64,000 nucleotides of DNA from Rubrivivax sp. (GTDB lineage Bacteria; Pseudomonadota; Gammaproteobacteria; Burkholderiales; Burkholderiaceae_C), in contig JAJTDM010000011.1 of the NCBI GenBank assembly GCA_021300575.1, positions 38,465 through 102,464 of the forward strand. The letters run 5' to 3'. The notes under the pieces were generated by a model, which saw nothing but the letters and a program-made list of their open reading frames with translations, was not told the origin of the DNA and did no database searches. Shown in pieces: positions 41,090 to 48,809 of this stretch (the stretch's first letter is position 1; each line of letters opens with the position of its first letter). Made by a program: the position numbers and the translations under genes.

Positions 41090-41399
41090 GGCCGTGGGGT
41101 CAAGGCGTGAGGCACTACTGTTCACGCGAGCCAGATGCTTCTGTTCAGCTACAGCCACTAGCCGCAGAGTCTTGTTGTTGCCCCTTAAACGCTACTTTAT
41201 ACGTAGTGGGTTGATCAATTACCGGAAGGTTCAGGGGAGACCCGAAACCTCTATTCAGGTCGACGCAACTATGCTGTGAGCGCACCAAAGTCTGACAAAG
41301 ATGACAGGCATGTACTTGCGTTGCAAATTGCCATTCTTATGCTGTGTTGGAGGACTATGGTAGTAAGTTAACGGCAGCTATGGCGGCGGAAGGAGTGTA

Positions 41400-41573
41400 A
41401 TGAATGAGTCCGGATTATTAATGAGAATAATGAAAGTTTTCGAAGGCTTAATGAAGGGTTTTGTTGCATTTGGTTTAAGTTTTATCATTGTCGCCGCCTG
41501 TTTGCTTGGGATATTTATATTGATTGCTATCTCTATCTTGGGAGATATCCTCAAAAAGGGTATCATTTTTTAA
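41400..41573 (+). CDS. small hydrophobic protein (57 aa)
   Basis: Below the ORF-track size cut-off and translated by hand: AGGAG at 41391, ATG at 41400, MNESGLLMRIMKVFEGLMKGFVAFGLSFIIVAACLLGIFILIAISILGDILKKGIIF, stop at 41571-41573. Predicted TM segment(s). Confidence 0.5.
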   Translation: MNESGLLMRIMKVFEGLMKGFVAFGLSFIIVAACLLGIFILIAISILGDILKKGIIF

Positions 41574-41588
41574 ACACTAGGAGATTCT

Positions 41589-41849
41589 ATGAATTCAATA
41601 ATGGCCCGTCTTTTCGTTTTTATCAACGAAGTATTGTCGTTGATTGTAGTTGCTGCCAATTTCGTGATAGGCTTGGGCTTAATGGGGGAGTTTGGTATTT
41701 GGGGTGTGCTTTATCTGTTTCTGTCCACGTTGTTATTGATAATCATATTTGGTTTTGCTGCCCTATACATTGAGTCTCACAAAGCCATAATACAGATTCG
41801 TGATATATTGATGACGCACCAGACGAATTCTGATAGTGGTATCAAATAG
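41589..41849 (+). CDS. small two-TM membrane protein (86 aa)
   Basis: AGGAG RBS at 41578-41582. Two hydrophobic stretches (LSLIVVAANFVIGLGLM; VLYLFLSTLLLIIIFGFAALY). Confidence 0.55.
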   Translation: MNSIMARLFVFINEVLSLIVVAANFVIGLGLMGEFGIWGVLYLFLSTLLLIIIFGFAALYIESHKAIIQIRDILMTHQTNSDSGIK

Positions 41850-41872
41850 CTGTGGGAATTTAAGTAACCAGA

Positions 41873-42028
41873 TATTCACTTCGCCACACATACGCTACGC
41901 TTGAACTGCTGCGTGCTGGAACAGACATTCATACGTTGGCAAGACAAATGGGCAACTCTGCCGCAATGTTGGAGCGTCACTACTCAAAGTTGACTGCGAC
42001 TATGGCGGCTGACAAGTTGGCTGACTGA
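41873..42028 (+). pseudogene. orphan integrase 3'-end fragment (direct repeat copy 2)
   Basis: Encodes ...SLRHTYATLELLRAGTDIHTLARQMGNSAAMLERHYSKLTATMAADKLAD*, nearly identical in protein to the int C-terminus, with no upstream integrase coding sequence. Confidence 0.8.
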
Positions 42029-42048
42029 ATATAATATATGAGGAAGAT

Positions 42049-43212
42049 ATGGATAAGAATTTTAGTATAGAGGAGTGCGTGCTCGGAAATGACGAATTTA
42101 AAATATTCCTTGCAAATAAGTATGCGATATCCAAACACCCAACTCTGGGCGAGTATATATTCAACGATAAGTTGTATTCCTCACTAAACGATGCGTTGCT
42201 TGCGGCGAGAGCGGCTTACATTGAGGGTCGTGAAGACTTTAAGGAGGCGTCAACTAATGACTCTACCCATTTATTGGAAACGCCTCGCACGAGTTCGGAG
42301 GGAGCTGGTTTTGCTATAGGACGATTCGTGGCAGAGAGACCAAAGGTTGCGGGTGCAATCGTCGCTGGAGTCTTGGCTATATTTTCTCTCTCGGCATACC
42401 AGGTCCACGTCGAAGAAGAAAGGAGGCGGGAGCAGAAAGAAAGGAGGCAGGAGCAGGCACTGGCGAACAAACTCGGATTCGACTCGATAGAAGAAATGAA
42501 GAAACTCAATTCAATGGGTTTTGCCGATAAGACCAAGTTTCTGGATGCAGAGGCAAAGAAGCTTGGTTTTTCCACCAATGCTGAGATGAAAGAATGGCTT
42601 GCCAAAGGTGCTAAGACGGGGAAGGAAAAGGAGGAACTCATTGCGAAGGCAAAGTCACTCGGGTTTGACGGGTTTGACCAAATGCAGGAACTCCAGGCGC
42701 TGGGCTTCAATACGATGGCAGAAAAGATTGCCAAAGACAAGGCGGACGAAAAACGCGAGAGGGAGGAGGCTGTAGAGAGGGAGCGGCGTGCTGAAGCTAG
42801 TAGAGTATATACAAACCAGACAGTTTTCATTCGTATCTTGCAAACCAATCTATTTGATTTGGAATTAGCAAAAGCTAGAAATAATTCTGTGGCCGAAGGG
42901 ATGATTGAGGAGCGTCTAAAAGCAAAGGAGCTGGAGATACTTGGGGCTGAAAACTACGCGCGGAACTGGGAGTGTATTGTGTGGAGAGTGTTCAACGCGG
43001 GTTGGATTCAGTGTCTGACACAACTAGGATTAACAAAACAACCACACCTCTACTATGACCTTCGGATGAAGGCGCCATTATCCGCACAGAATGCCTCATC
43101 TCTGAATGCCGGAGAAACTCTGAGGTTTTCAGGGCGACTAAAGAAGTTTTGGGGGGCGCGCCTCGGAAATCCTACGCTTGATGTGCAAGATGCGGAAATT
43201 CAAGGCAATTAG
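42049..43212 (+). CDS. hypothetical single-pass membrane protein with five LGF-x3-4-EMK-type repeats in a charged coiled region
   Basis: GAGGAAG RBS. N-terminal soluble domain, TM helix VAGAIVAGVLAIFSLSAY, and ER/K-rich region with repeats KLGFDSIEEMKK, SMGFADKTKFLD, KLGFSTNAEMKE, SLGFDGFDQMQE and ALGFNTMAEKIA. The C-terminal domain is unrecognised. Confidence 0.7.
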   Translation: MDKNFSIEECVLGNDEFKIFLANKYAISKHPTLGEYIFNDKLYSSLNDALLAARAAYIEGREDFKEASTNDSTHLLETPRTSSEGAGFAIGRFVAERPKVAGAIVAGVLAIFSLSAYQVHVEEERRREQKERRQEQALANKLGFDSIEEMKKLNSMGFADKTKFLDAEAKKLGFSTNAEMKEWLAKGAKTGKEKEELIAKAKSLGFDGFDQMQELQALGFNTMAEKIAKDKADEKREREEAVERERRAEASRVYTNQTVFIRILQTNLFDLELAKARNNSVAEGMIEERLKAKELEILGAENYARNWECIVWRVFNAGWIQCLTQLGLTKQPHLYYDLRMKAPLSAQNASSLNAGETLRFSGRLKKFWGARLGNPTLDVQDAEIQGN

Positions 43213-43326
43213 AAGCGGACTGGTGACGGCAATGTTTGCTGCTTTTGTCGCTTATCAGTTAATTAATGGCAATCATTTTGATTACAAAATGTAGATATTT
43301 TCTTTGTAAGATCATGGAGTTTAAAA

Positions 43327-43905
43327 TTGAATATTTCTAAATTAATGATCGTGGCAATATTCTGCGTCTTTTATGGATTGCAGGCTCGAGCCCAAACCAC
43401 CCCGACAGAGCGCGGATTTAAGTCGGACTCTGAAATGAAAGCCGCATACGCACGGGGATTCTTCACGGCGAAGGACTATGAACTTTATACTATTCATGGA
43501 TTCCGAAATAGAGATGAGTTTTTGAAGTATCGAAGTTCAACTATGGAGACAAAGGCGCGCATTGTTTCAAGAAACATGGCTGTAAAAGAGGGGATAGATA
43601 ACTATCGAAGATGCTCAAGAATTTACTATGGTGTGCTTCGCTTTCTTGCGGATCAGCAAAACGATTCACAATTTAATGAATTTCAGAATGCATTTGCCCC
43701 GGTGATGGAGTTGGGTGCGATACAATTCGCAAATCAAGGCGTGAGTATTGAAGATTTCAAGGCCGATGGGTTGAAGAATTCGCCTCCATTCTCCACAGTT
43801 ATCGAAGTTAAAAGATTAACAGATGGATGGGATAATTGCCGCCAGACTTTGGAGCGTTACTGGAGTATAGTCAAGTTCGACGAATGGAAACTCACCTCGC
43901 GCTAG
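43327..43905 (+). CDS. hypothetical secreted protein sharing the GF-x-EMK-type motif
   Basis: GGAG RBS 7 nt before a TTG start. Signal peptide NISKLMIVAIFCVFYGLQARA. Motifs RGFKSDSEMKA, RGFFTAKDYEL and HGFRNRDEFLK. Confidence 0.65.
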   Translation: MNISKLMIVAIFCVFYGLQARAQTTPTERGFKSDSEMKAAYARGFFTAKDYELYTIHGFRNRDEFLKYRSSTMETKARIVSRNMAVKEGIDNYRRCSRIYYGVLRFLADQQNDSQFNEFQNAFAPVMELGAIQFANQGVSIEDFKADGLKNSPPFSTVIEVKRLTDGWDNCRQTLERYWSIVKFDEWKLTSR

Positions 43906-43926
43906 TCTCTCGAAAGAGGATGTGTA

Positions 43927-44259
43927 ATGGTTAATCTCACCGGCAATTTTCCATTTTGGCGAAGCATGGTTGCGTTGATGACAGTAATGTCTTTCACCAG
44001 TGGCGCCGAAGCGCAAATATCTGAAGCAAAGTGTAATATGTGGAGAAATGTTATGCTTCAGCAAACCATGAGTTTTCGAGAACGAGGTGTTCCTGTCGGT
44101 AATGCTGAGGAGACGTACAACAGTGAAGATGATGTAAGGACTCGGGTATTTTTGAAGCGAATAGTACGTATGGTGTATGCGGAGCCGGAAAAGTCCCGGA
44201 CATATGTTGTCAACGGTGGCTTTACTCAGGACTGCATCAAGACTCACCGTGGATACTAG
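43927..44259 (+). CDS. hypothetical small secreted protein (2 Cys)
   Basis: AGAGGA RBS. Signal-peptide-like MVALMTVMSFTSGAEA. 110 aa with no recognisable family. Confidence 0.55.
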   Translation: MVNLTGNFPFWRSMVALMTVMSFTSGAEAQISEAKCNMWRNVMLQQTMSFRERGVPVGNAEETYNSEDDVRTRVFLKRIVRMVYAEPEKSRTYVVNGGFTQDCIKTHRGY

Positions 44260-44292
44260 TATCAATCTATAATTCGTTTACTGTGTAATGAC

Positions 44293-44318
44293 AAAAAGCC
44301 CGCAAGTTGCGGGCCTTT
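44293..44318. terminator. bidirectional rho-independent terminator between convergent operons
   Basis: aaaaa-GCCCGC-aagtt-GCGGGC-c-ttt, a GC stem flanked by an A-run and a T-run. Confidence 0.65.
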
Positions 44319-44335
44319 AATTGATTATCGAGTCT

Positions 44336-45043
44336 CTACCGCATCGCTGCCTTGAGTAGGCTGGCTGTGAGAACGGCGGCTTCTTCTGCCTGTCGCTTTG
44401 CTCTCTTTGCCAATCGCAGCACAGCAAAGATTACGCTGCGGAACGAGCCAGCATTACCAGCAATGGCACTGAGAAGTTGAGTATCGCTTAAAACAACCCC
44501 TTCGTCTGCGGCAATGCGGCGAGCAAGTGGCAGAAAGTCTGTGTCAGCGGCTGCGTTCATTTCCACCAACACACACCTGTCCTTCACGCCTTTGTCTAAC
44601 TGGCTAATGTTGTTGGTTGTGAGAATGAACACGGCACGAGAGCTGTTCAGCGTAGTCTTCAGTCCTCCTTGTGCTGTTTTGTTGAGTGAATCCACTTCGT
44701 CAAAAATGTAGTAGTGGTGTCTGCTTTGATTGAACGACATGACAGACAATTGACGCTTCACTAAATCCAAAATCGGAGTGCCAGTGTGTCCTTGTTGGCA
44801 ACCGAAAAACTCCGCCTCCATCCCCAATTCCTCACCCGTTTGTGCCTTCTCAATCAAGCCAGGTAGCAATTTCGCCAATGTTGTCTTCCCTGTGCCAAAT
44901 GTGCCGTAGAGAAGAATTCCTGTCTTGCCCGAAAAAGGAATTGGCAAGTCACCGCTGACAATATCTTCAATCAGCTGCTTTGAATCCTCGTTGCCAAAGA
45001 CGAACTCAGATAGCGTTTTTGGGGTGTAGTTTATAGTGTTCAT
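44336..45043 (-). CDS. clamp-loader (RFC / T4 gp44)-like AAA+ ATPase, short form
   Basis: AAGGA RBS. N-terminal YTPKTLSEFVFGNEDSKQLIE (RFC box-like), Walker A GTFGTGKTT, Walker B YYIFDEVD, sensor-1 ILTTN, and an SRC-like DRC motif. Only 235 aa. Confidence 0.85.
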   Translation of the reverse strand: MNTINYTPKTLSEFVFGNEDSKQLIEDIVSGDLPIPFSGKTGILLYGTFGTGKTTLAKLLPGLIEKAQTGEELGMEAEFFGCQQGHTGTPILDLVKRQLSVMSFNQSRHHYYIFDEVDSLNKTAQGGLKTTLNSSRAVFILTTNNISQLDKGVKDRCVLVEMNAAADTDFLPLARRIAADEGVVLSDTQLLSAIAGNAGSFRSVIFAVLRLAKRAKRQAEEAAVLTASLLKAAMR

Positions 45044-45480
45044 TTTATTGATCCTTTATTTTGTATTGATTTAGGGTACGACAATGAAGCCAGTCGCACC
45101 CTACTGTATTGATTACGCTGCAGCCTTTTGCAGCTCGCTATAGAGTGCAGTAAGCGCAGCATTCACAGCGGTACCACTGCGGGTGAGCGCTTTTATGTGA
45201 AAACTGCCATCCGCCTGCTGCTCAGCCAGTAGTACACACTCGGTCCCCACAAATTCAGCGTCAGCCAGTTCTGCGAGACGTTGCTTTGCAATGGCGAGCG
45301 TGGGAAGCGACGTCAGCGAAGACTTGACTTCCTCTGCCTTCTGCTTGGGGCTCTTGTAGGTGGCACTCCGAGAAAGCTTCACCTCTTGTATCCCGCCCTT
45401 TTGCTCAATCCATGACGACAAGGCGCCTGGGGTTACCCCCGCGTCTTGTGCAGCGCGCAGGACAATTGAATAGGTACTGA

Positions 45481-47150
45481 GTCGGCCCTGCAAAACACCG
45501 TAAGTCCTTGTTTTAATTGATATTTCAGGGTGTTTCCGGATGGTCAGAACTCTCGAGAAGATATCCAATGGCGCTCAATTCCTGAGAGTTTTGGAGCTGA
45601 AGAGATGGCCACTGACGACTTCTTCCGCGCGCGTTTGGATGGCATGGTCGATCCCCGTCACCCGCTGGTAGTTCTCGCCAGCCGCATGCCGTGGCCGCAG
45701 ATTGAGGCCGCGCTGGCGCCGGCCTTGGCACACAAGGACCGCAAGGGCCGCACGGTGGAAGGCGCCGACATGTTCGGCCCGACGCTGTCGGTGGCCGGCG
45801 CGGGCGTGAGTGCTGCGGGCCGGCCGCGTTTGCCCATTCGGCTGATGGTCTCGCTGCTGTACCTCAAGCACGCCTTCAACGAGAGTGACGAGTCGCTCGT
45901 GCAGCGCTGGAGCGAGAACGTCGTCTGGCAACTCTTCTCCGGGCTGGAGTACTACTCGACCAAGCTTCCGTGCGACCCTGCGCAGATCAGCCGCTTTCGT
46001 AAGATCCTGGGTGAGGCCGGCGTGGAGCAACTGCTCAAGACCACCATCGAGACGGCCGTGGCCATCAAGGCGGTGAACAAGGCCGAGTTCGAGCGCGTGA
46101 TCGTGGACACCACGGTGCAGGAGAAGGCGATTGCCCACCCGACCGACTCGCGGCTGCTGGATGTGGCGCGCCGGCTTGTCGTGCGCCACGCGCAGCGCGC
46201 GGGCATCGCGCTGAAGATGACCTACGAGCGCGAGGGCAAGACGCTGCGCCGGCGCGCCGGCGGCTACGCCCACGCCAAGCAGTTCAAGCGGCTGAAGACC
46301 GTGGTCAAGCGCCAGCGCACCATCCTGGGGGTGCTGATCCGCGAGGTCACCCGCAAGATGGAGCAGATGACCACCTTGGCTGCTGACATCAAGACCAAGT
46401 TGATGACCTGGCTGGAGCGCGCCGAGCGCATCCGGACTCAGAAGACCAAGGACAAGAACAAGCTGTACGCGATGCACGCCCCTGAGGCGGAGTGCATCGG
46501 TAAAGGCAAGGCCCGCAAGCCCTACGAGTTCGGCGTCAAGGCCAGCATCGCCGTCACGCACCGCAAAGGGTTGGTGGTGGGCGCCAGGACCTTCCCCGGC
46601 AACCCGTACGACGGGCACACCATGGCCGCCCAGATCGAGCAGACCAGCACGCTGCTGGAGAACATCGGCGTCAAGCCCACCACGGCTGTGGTGGACATGG
46701 GCTACCGCGGCGTCGACGAGGATGTTCCAGCCGTGCAGGTCATCCACCGCGGCAAGGCCAAGAGGCTCACCGCCCAACAAAAGACCTGGCTGAGACGACG
46801 TCAGGCCGTTGAGCCGACCATCGGTCATCTCAAGGCCGACCACCGGATGGACCGCTGCTGGTTGAAGGGGACTGAAGGCGACGCGCTGCACGCGGTGCTG
46901 TGCGCGGCGGGGTTCAACATCCGCTGGTTGATGCGCGCCATCGCCGAGCAGGCGGCCAAGGCCGCCAAGGCGTTTGTTTTTGTCCTCTTCAGGCTGTGGT
47001 CGTGGCTGCAGATGGCGCTGGGCGGGCGCTATGCGACCATCAGACAAGCAATAAGCCCCGAAGACCAGTTCGAGCGGCGCCATGGAACGCCCGCCTTGGG
47101 TCGCTGTCAACGTATGGTCGGGGCGGCTGGGTGAATTTTGCAGGGCCGAC
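45481..47150 (+). mobile_element. IS element (IS5/IS1182-superfamily-like), 1670 bp, with terminal IRs and a 6-bp target duplication
   Basis: IRL gtcggccctgcaaaacacc (45481-) matches the reverse complement of the right end, gtcggccctgcaaaattcacc (-47150). TACTGA is duplicated at 45475-45480 and 47151-47156. The GC-rich body contrasts with the AT-rich surroundings. Confidence 0.85.
45605..47134 (+). CDS. DDE transposase of the IS
   Basis: 509 aa from MATDDFFRARLDGMVDP. DDE-region blocks VIVDTTVQEKAIAHPTDSRLL, AVVDMGYRG and EPTIGHLKADHRMDRCWLKG. The stop codon lies inside the right IR. Confidence 0.85.
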   Translation: MATDDFFRARLDGMVDPRHPLVVLASRMPWPQIEAALAPALAHKDRKGRTVEGADMFGPTLSVAGAGVSAAGRPRLPIRLMVSLLYLKHAFNESDESLVQRWSENVVWQLFSGLEYYSTKLPCDPAQISRFRKILGEAGVEQLLKTTIETAVAIKAVNKAEFERVIVDTTVQEKAIAHPTDSRLLDVARRLVVRHAQRAGIALKMTYEREGKTLRRRAGGYAHAKQFKRLKTVVKRQRTILGVLIREVTRKMEQMTTLAADIKTKLMTWLERAERIRTQKTKDKNKLYAMHAPEAECIGKGKARKPYEFGVKASIAVTHRKGLVVGARTFPGNPYDGHTMAAQIEQTSTLLENIGVKPTTAVVDMGYRGVDEDVPAVQVIHRGKAKRLTAQQKTWLRRRQAVEPTIGHLKADHRMDRCWLKGTEGDALHAVLCAAGFNIRWLMRAIAEQAAKAAKAFVFVLFRLWSWLQMALGGRYATIRQAISPEDQFERRHGTPALGRCQRMVGAAG

Positions 47151-47561
47151 TACTGACACGTCGACGGTCGACATTGCCAAATACAGCTTTGACAACACGA
47201 GTTAGCATAGGGCTCTTCTTGCTGACACGATAACCACGAAGCTCAAGAAAATCATTAAGCTCATCGTTTCTTGTTTTGCAAAATGCCGACGAATCATTCA
47301 TCTGTCCATAATCAAGACAATCTGCCAATACGGCATATAGATGCTGATTGCTAGTACGATGGGATAAACTGCTTTCCCACTGCACCCTTCTTTCTTCCAA
47401 TCGCTGTAGCAGCGATAGTGAACTGGATACGCCGGACAAACTTTGCGGATTCGCATCCACATCCTGTTGTGTATTCTCGGTGCTCACTGCCAAGCAAATG
47501 TTCCCTAATTCATCACCATCATTAGTGTCTGAGTTAGTTGTGGTCGTAACTTTCATCTCTC

Positions 47562-47620
47562 TATTCATATATATCTCCTCTAATAAATGAATATCAACGG
47601 TTTGTTGATATATATGAATA
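47562..47620 (-). promoter_or_regulatory. perfect 14-bp inverted repeat enclosing the RBS and overlapping the start codon of the IS-split gene
   Basis: tattcatatatatc (47562-47575) and gatatatatgaata (47607-47620), spaced 31 nt apart. On the mRNA the 3' arm contains the AUG and the loop contains the AGGAG. Confidence 0.5.
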
Positions 47621-47746
47621 TACATCAGTGGAATTTATTATGCAACTGAGTATATATTTTAGGGAGTAAATATGAACGCAGAATCAGAAAATGTATGATG
47701 AATGAGAACAGATGAGGATAAGTGGAAAAGTCGTTCAAAACGACAC

Positions 47747-48319
47747 TCAAACCAACTCAACTGCACGCCTCTTCATATCGTCATTGACAGTTATGTAGCG
47801 CTGCGTGGTGGCGATGCTTCGATGTCCGGCCAACTCAGCTAGCACGAACACTGAGATCCCCTGGCTCGACAGTGAAGTGAGAAAGGTCTTGCGTCCTGAG
47901 TGCGAACTCGCCCCTCGTACCCCAGCTCCTTTGTATAGCCAATAAAAGTGCTGCGCGAGGGTATTCGGGGTGAACGCACGTCGCGGACCACGCAGGGTGG
48001 GGAAAAGAGGCTGTGTCTCGTCATACCAAGTTCTGCTTTCCACCCACTCAGCCAACTCAGCATGTAGCCTGCTATTGACGTAGATGGTGCGTGCGTGCCC
48101 GTGCTTGGCACGGTCAGCAGTGAGCGCGATCTCGGTGAACACCCTGCCATCGGAGTTACGCACATCTCCTACCCTCAAACCTGCTACTTCTCCAACACGC
48201 ATCCCCGCCATCGCGGTGAGCAAGAACATGACGCGATTGCGCTGTGCATAGGCTTGTGTTGAGATGTACTCAAGCACTCGCTGTATTTCTGCTGCTGTAA
48301 GTGATTTTGCTGCTGCCAT
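47747..48319 (-). CDS. small (190 aa) catalytic-domain-only tyrosine recombinase, FimB/FimE-sized
   Basis: GGAGAG RBS and start MAAAKSLTAAEIQRVL. Motifs AMAGMRVGEV (Arg), SHSGRKTF (His-x-x-Arg) and GHRSIATTQRYI (His, Tyr). Confidence 0.85.
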   Translation of the reverse strand: MAAAKSLTAAEIQRVLEYISTQAYAQRNRVMFLLTAMAGMRVGEVAGLRVGDVRNSDGRVFTEIALTADRAKHGHARTIYVNSRLHAELAEWVESRTWYDETQPLFPTLRGPRRAFTPNTLAQHFYWLYKGAGVRGASSHSGRKTFLTSLSSQGISVFVLAELAGHRSIATTQRYITVNDDMKRRAVELV

Positions 48320-48809
48320 CGCGCTCTCCAAATAAGTGGTGTGCGAACAAGTGTGTGTTCTTTGGTACAGGTCGGACAAGAGAGTCCAGGTAATTCGGCG
48401 GGTTTCTCAGTAATCATTGAGAGTCAATGACATAGGTATTCGACCAAACACTTTGCATGTTCTCTTTGTTCTCTGTATTTAGCGCTGAAGATGAGCGAAG
48501 TCAAAGAAATAAAGCGCTACTTGAAGAAATAAGCCCTACAAGCTGGGCAACTGAGGTTCAAGCTACCCAAGCATTCGCCACGCTGTAAAAAACGTTTGTG
48601 CGCGTGATTTGGCGTTGAGCTATGCTTTATGCAGTACCGATCTGTACGCCAAAGAGCTAATTTTTCGCTGTACTATTTCTCAAAGGTGCGTAGATCTCGA
48701 CCTCTGGTGCTTTGCTCTATGTGTGTAATGAATACTTCAAAGTGAAACGACAACACTATGGCACTAGCCCATGTATTGATGGCTAGATGAAATGAAGACT
48801 CACTATCGA

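Larger units (their letters stand above)
45113..47568 (-). pseudogene. unknown-function gene (reconstructed 259 aa) split by an IS insertion
   Basis: 5' part 47568->47151 (AGGAG RBS, MNREMKVTTTT...VFGNVDRRRVS). 3' part 45474->45113 (TYSIVLRAAQDAGVTPGALSSWIEQ...LQKAAA*). Removing 45481-47150 plus one TACTGA copy joins them in frame (418 + 362 nt = 260 codons). Confidence 0.75.

Noticed and set aside
41378-41566. 62-aa minus-strand ORF in the nested insertion
   Set aside because: It has no RBS. The opposite strand carries an AGGAG-led 57-aa hydrophobic ORF in the same orientation as its neighbour, and that ORF was preferred.
42216-42848. 210-aa minus-strand ORF (and 43816..44265 minus) antisense to the envelope-trio genes
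   Set aside because: The plus-strand ORFs are longer, have SD sequences and signal or TM features, and form an operon ending at a terminator. The antisense ORFs lack start contexts.
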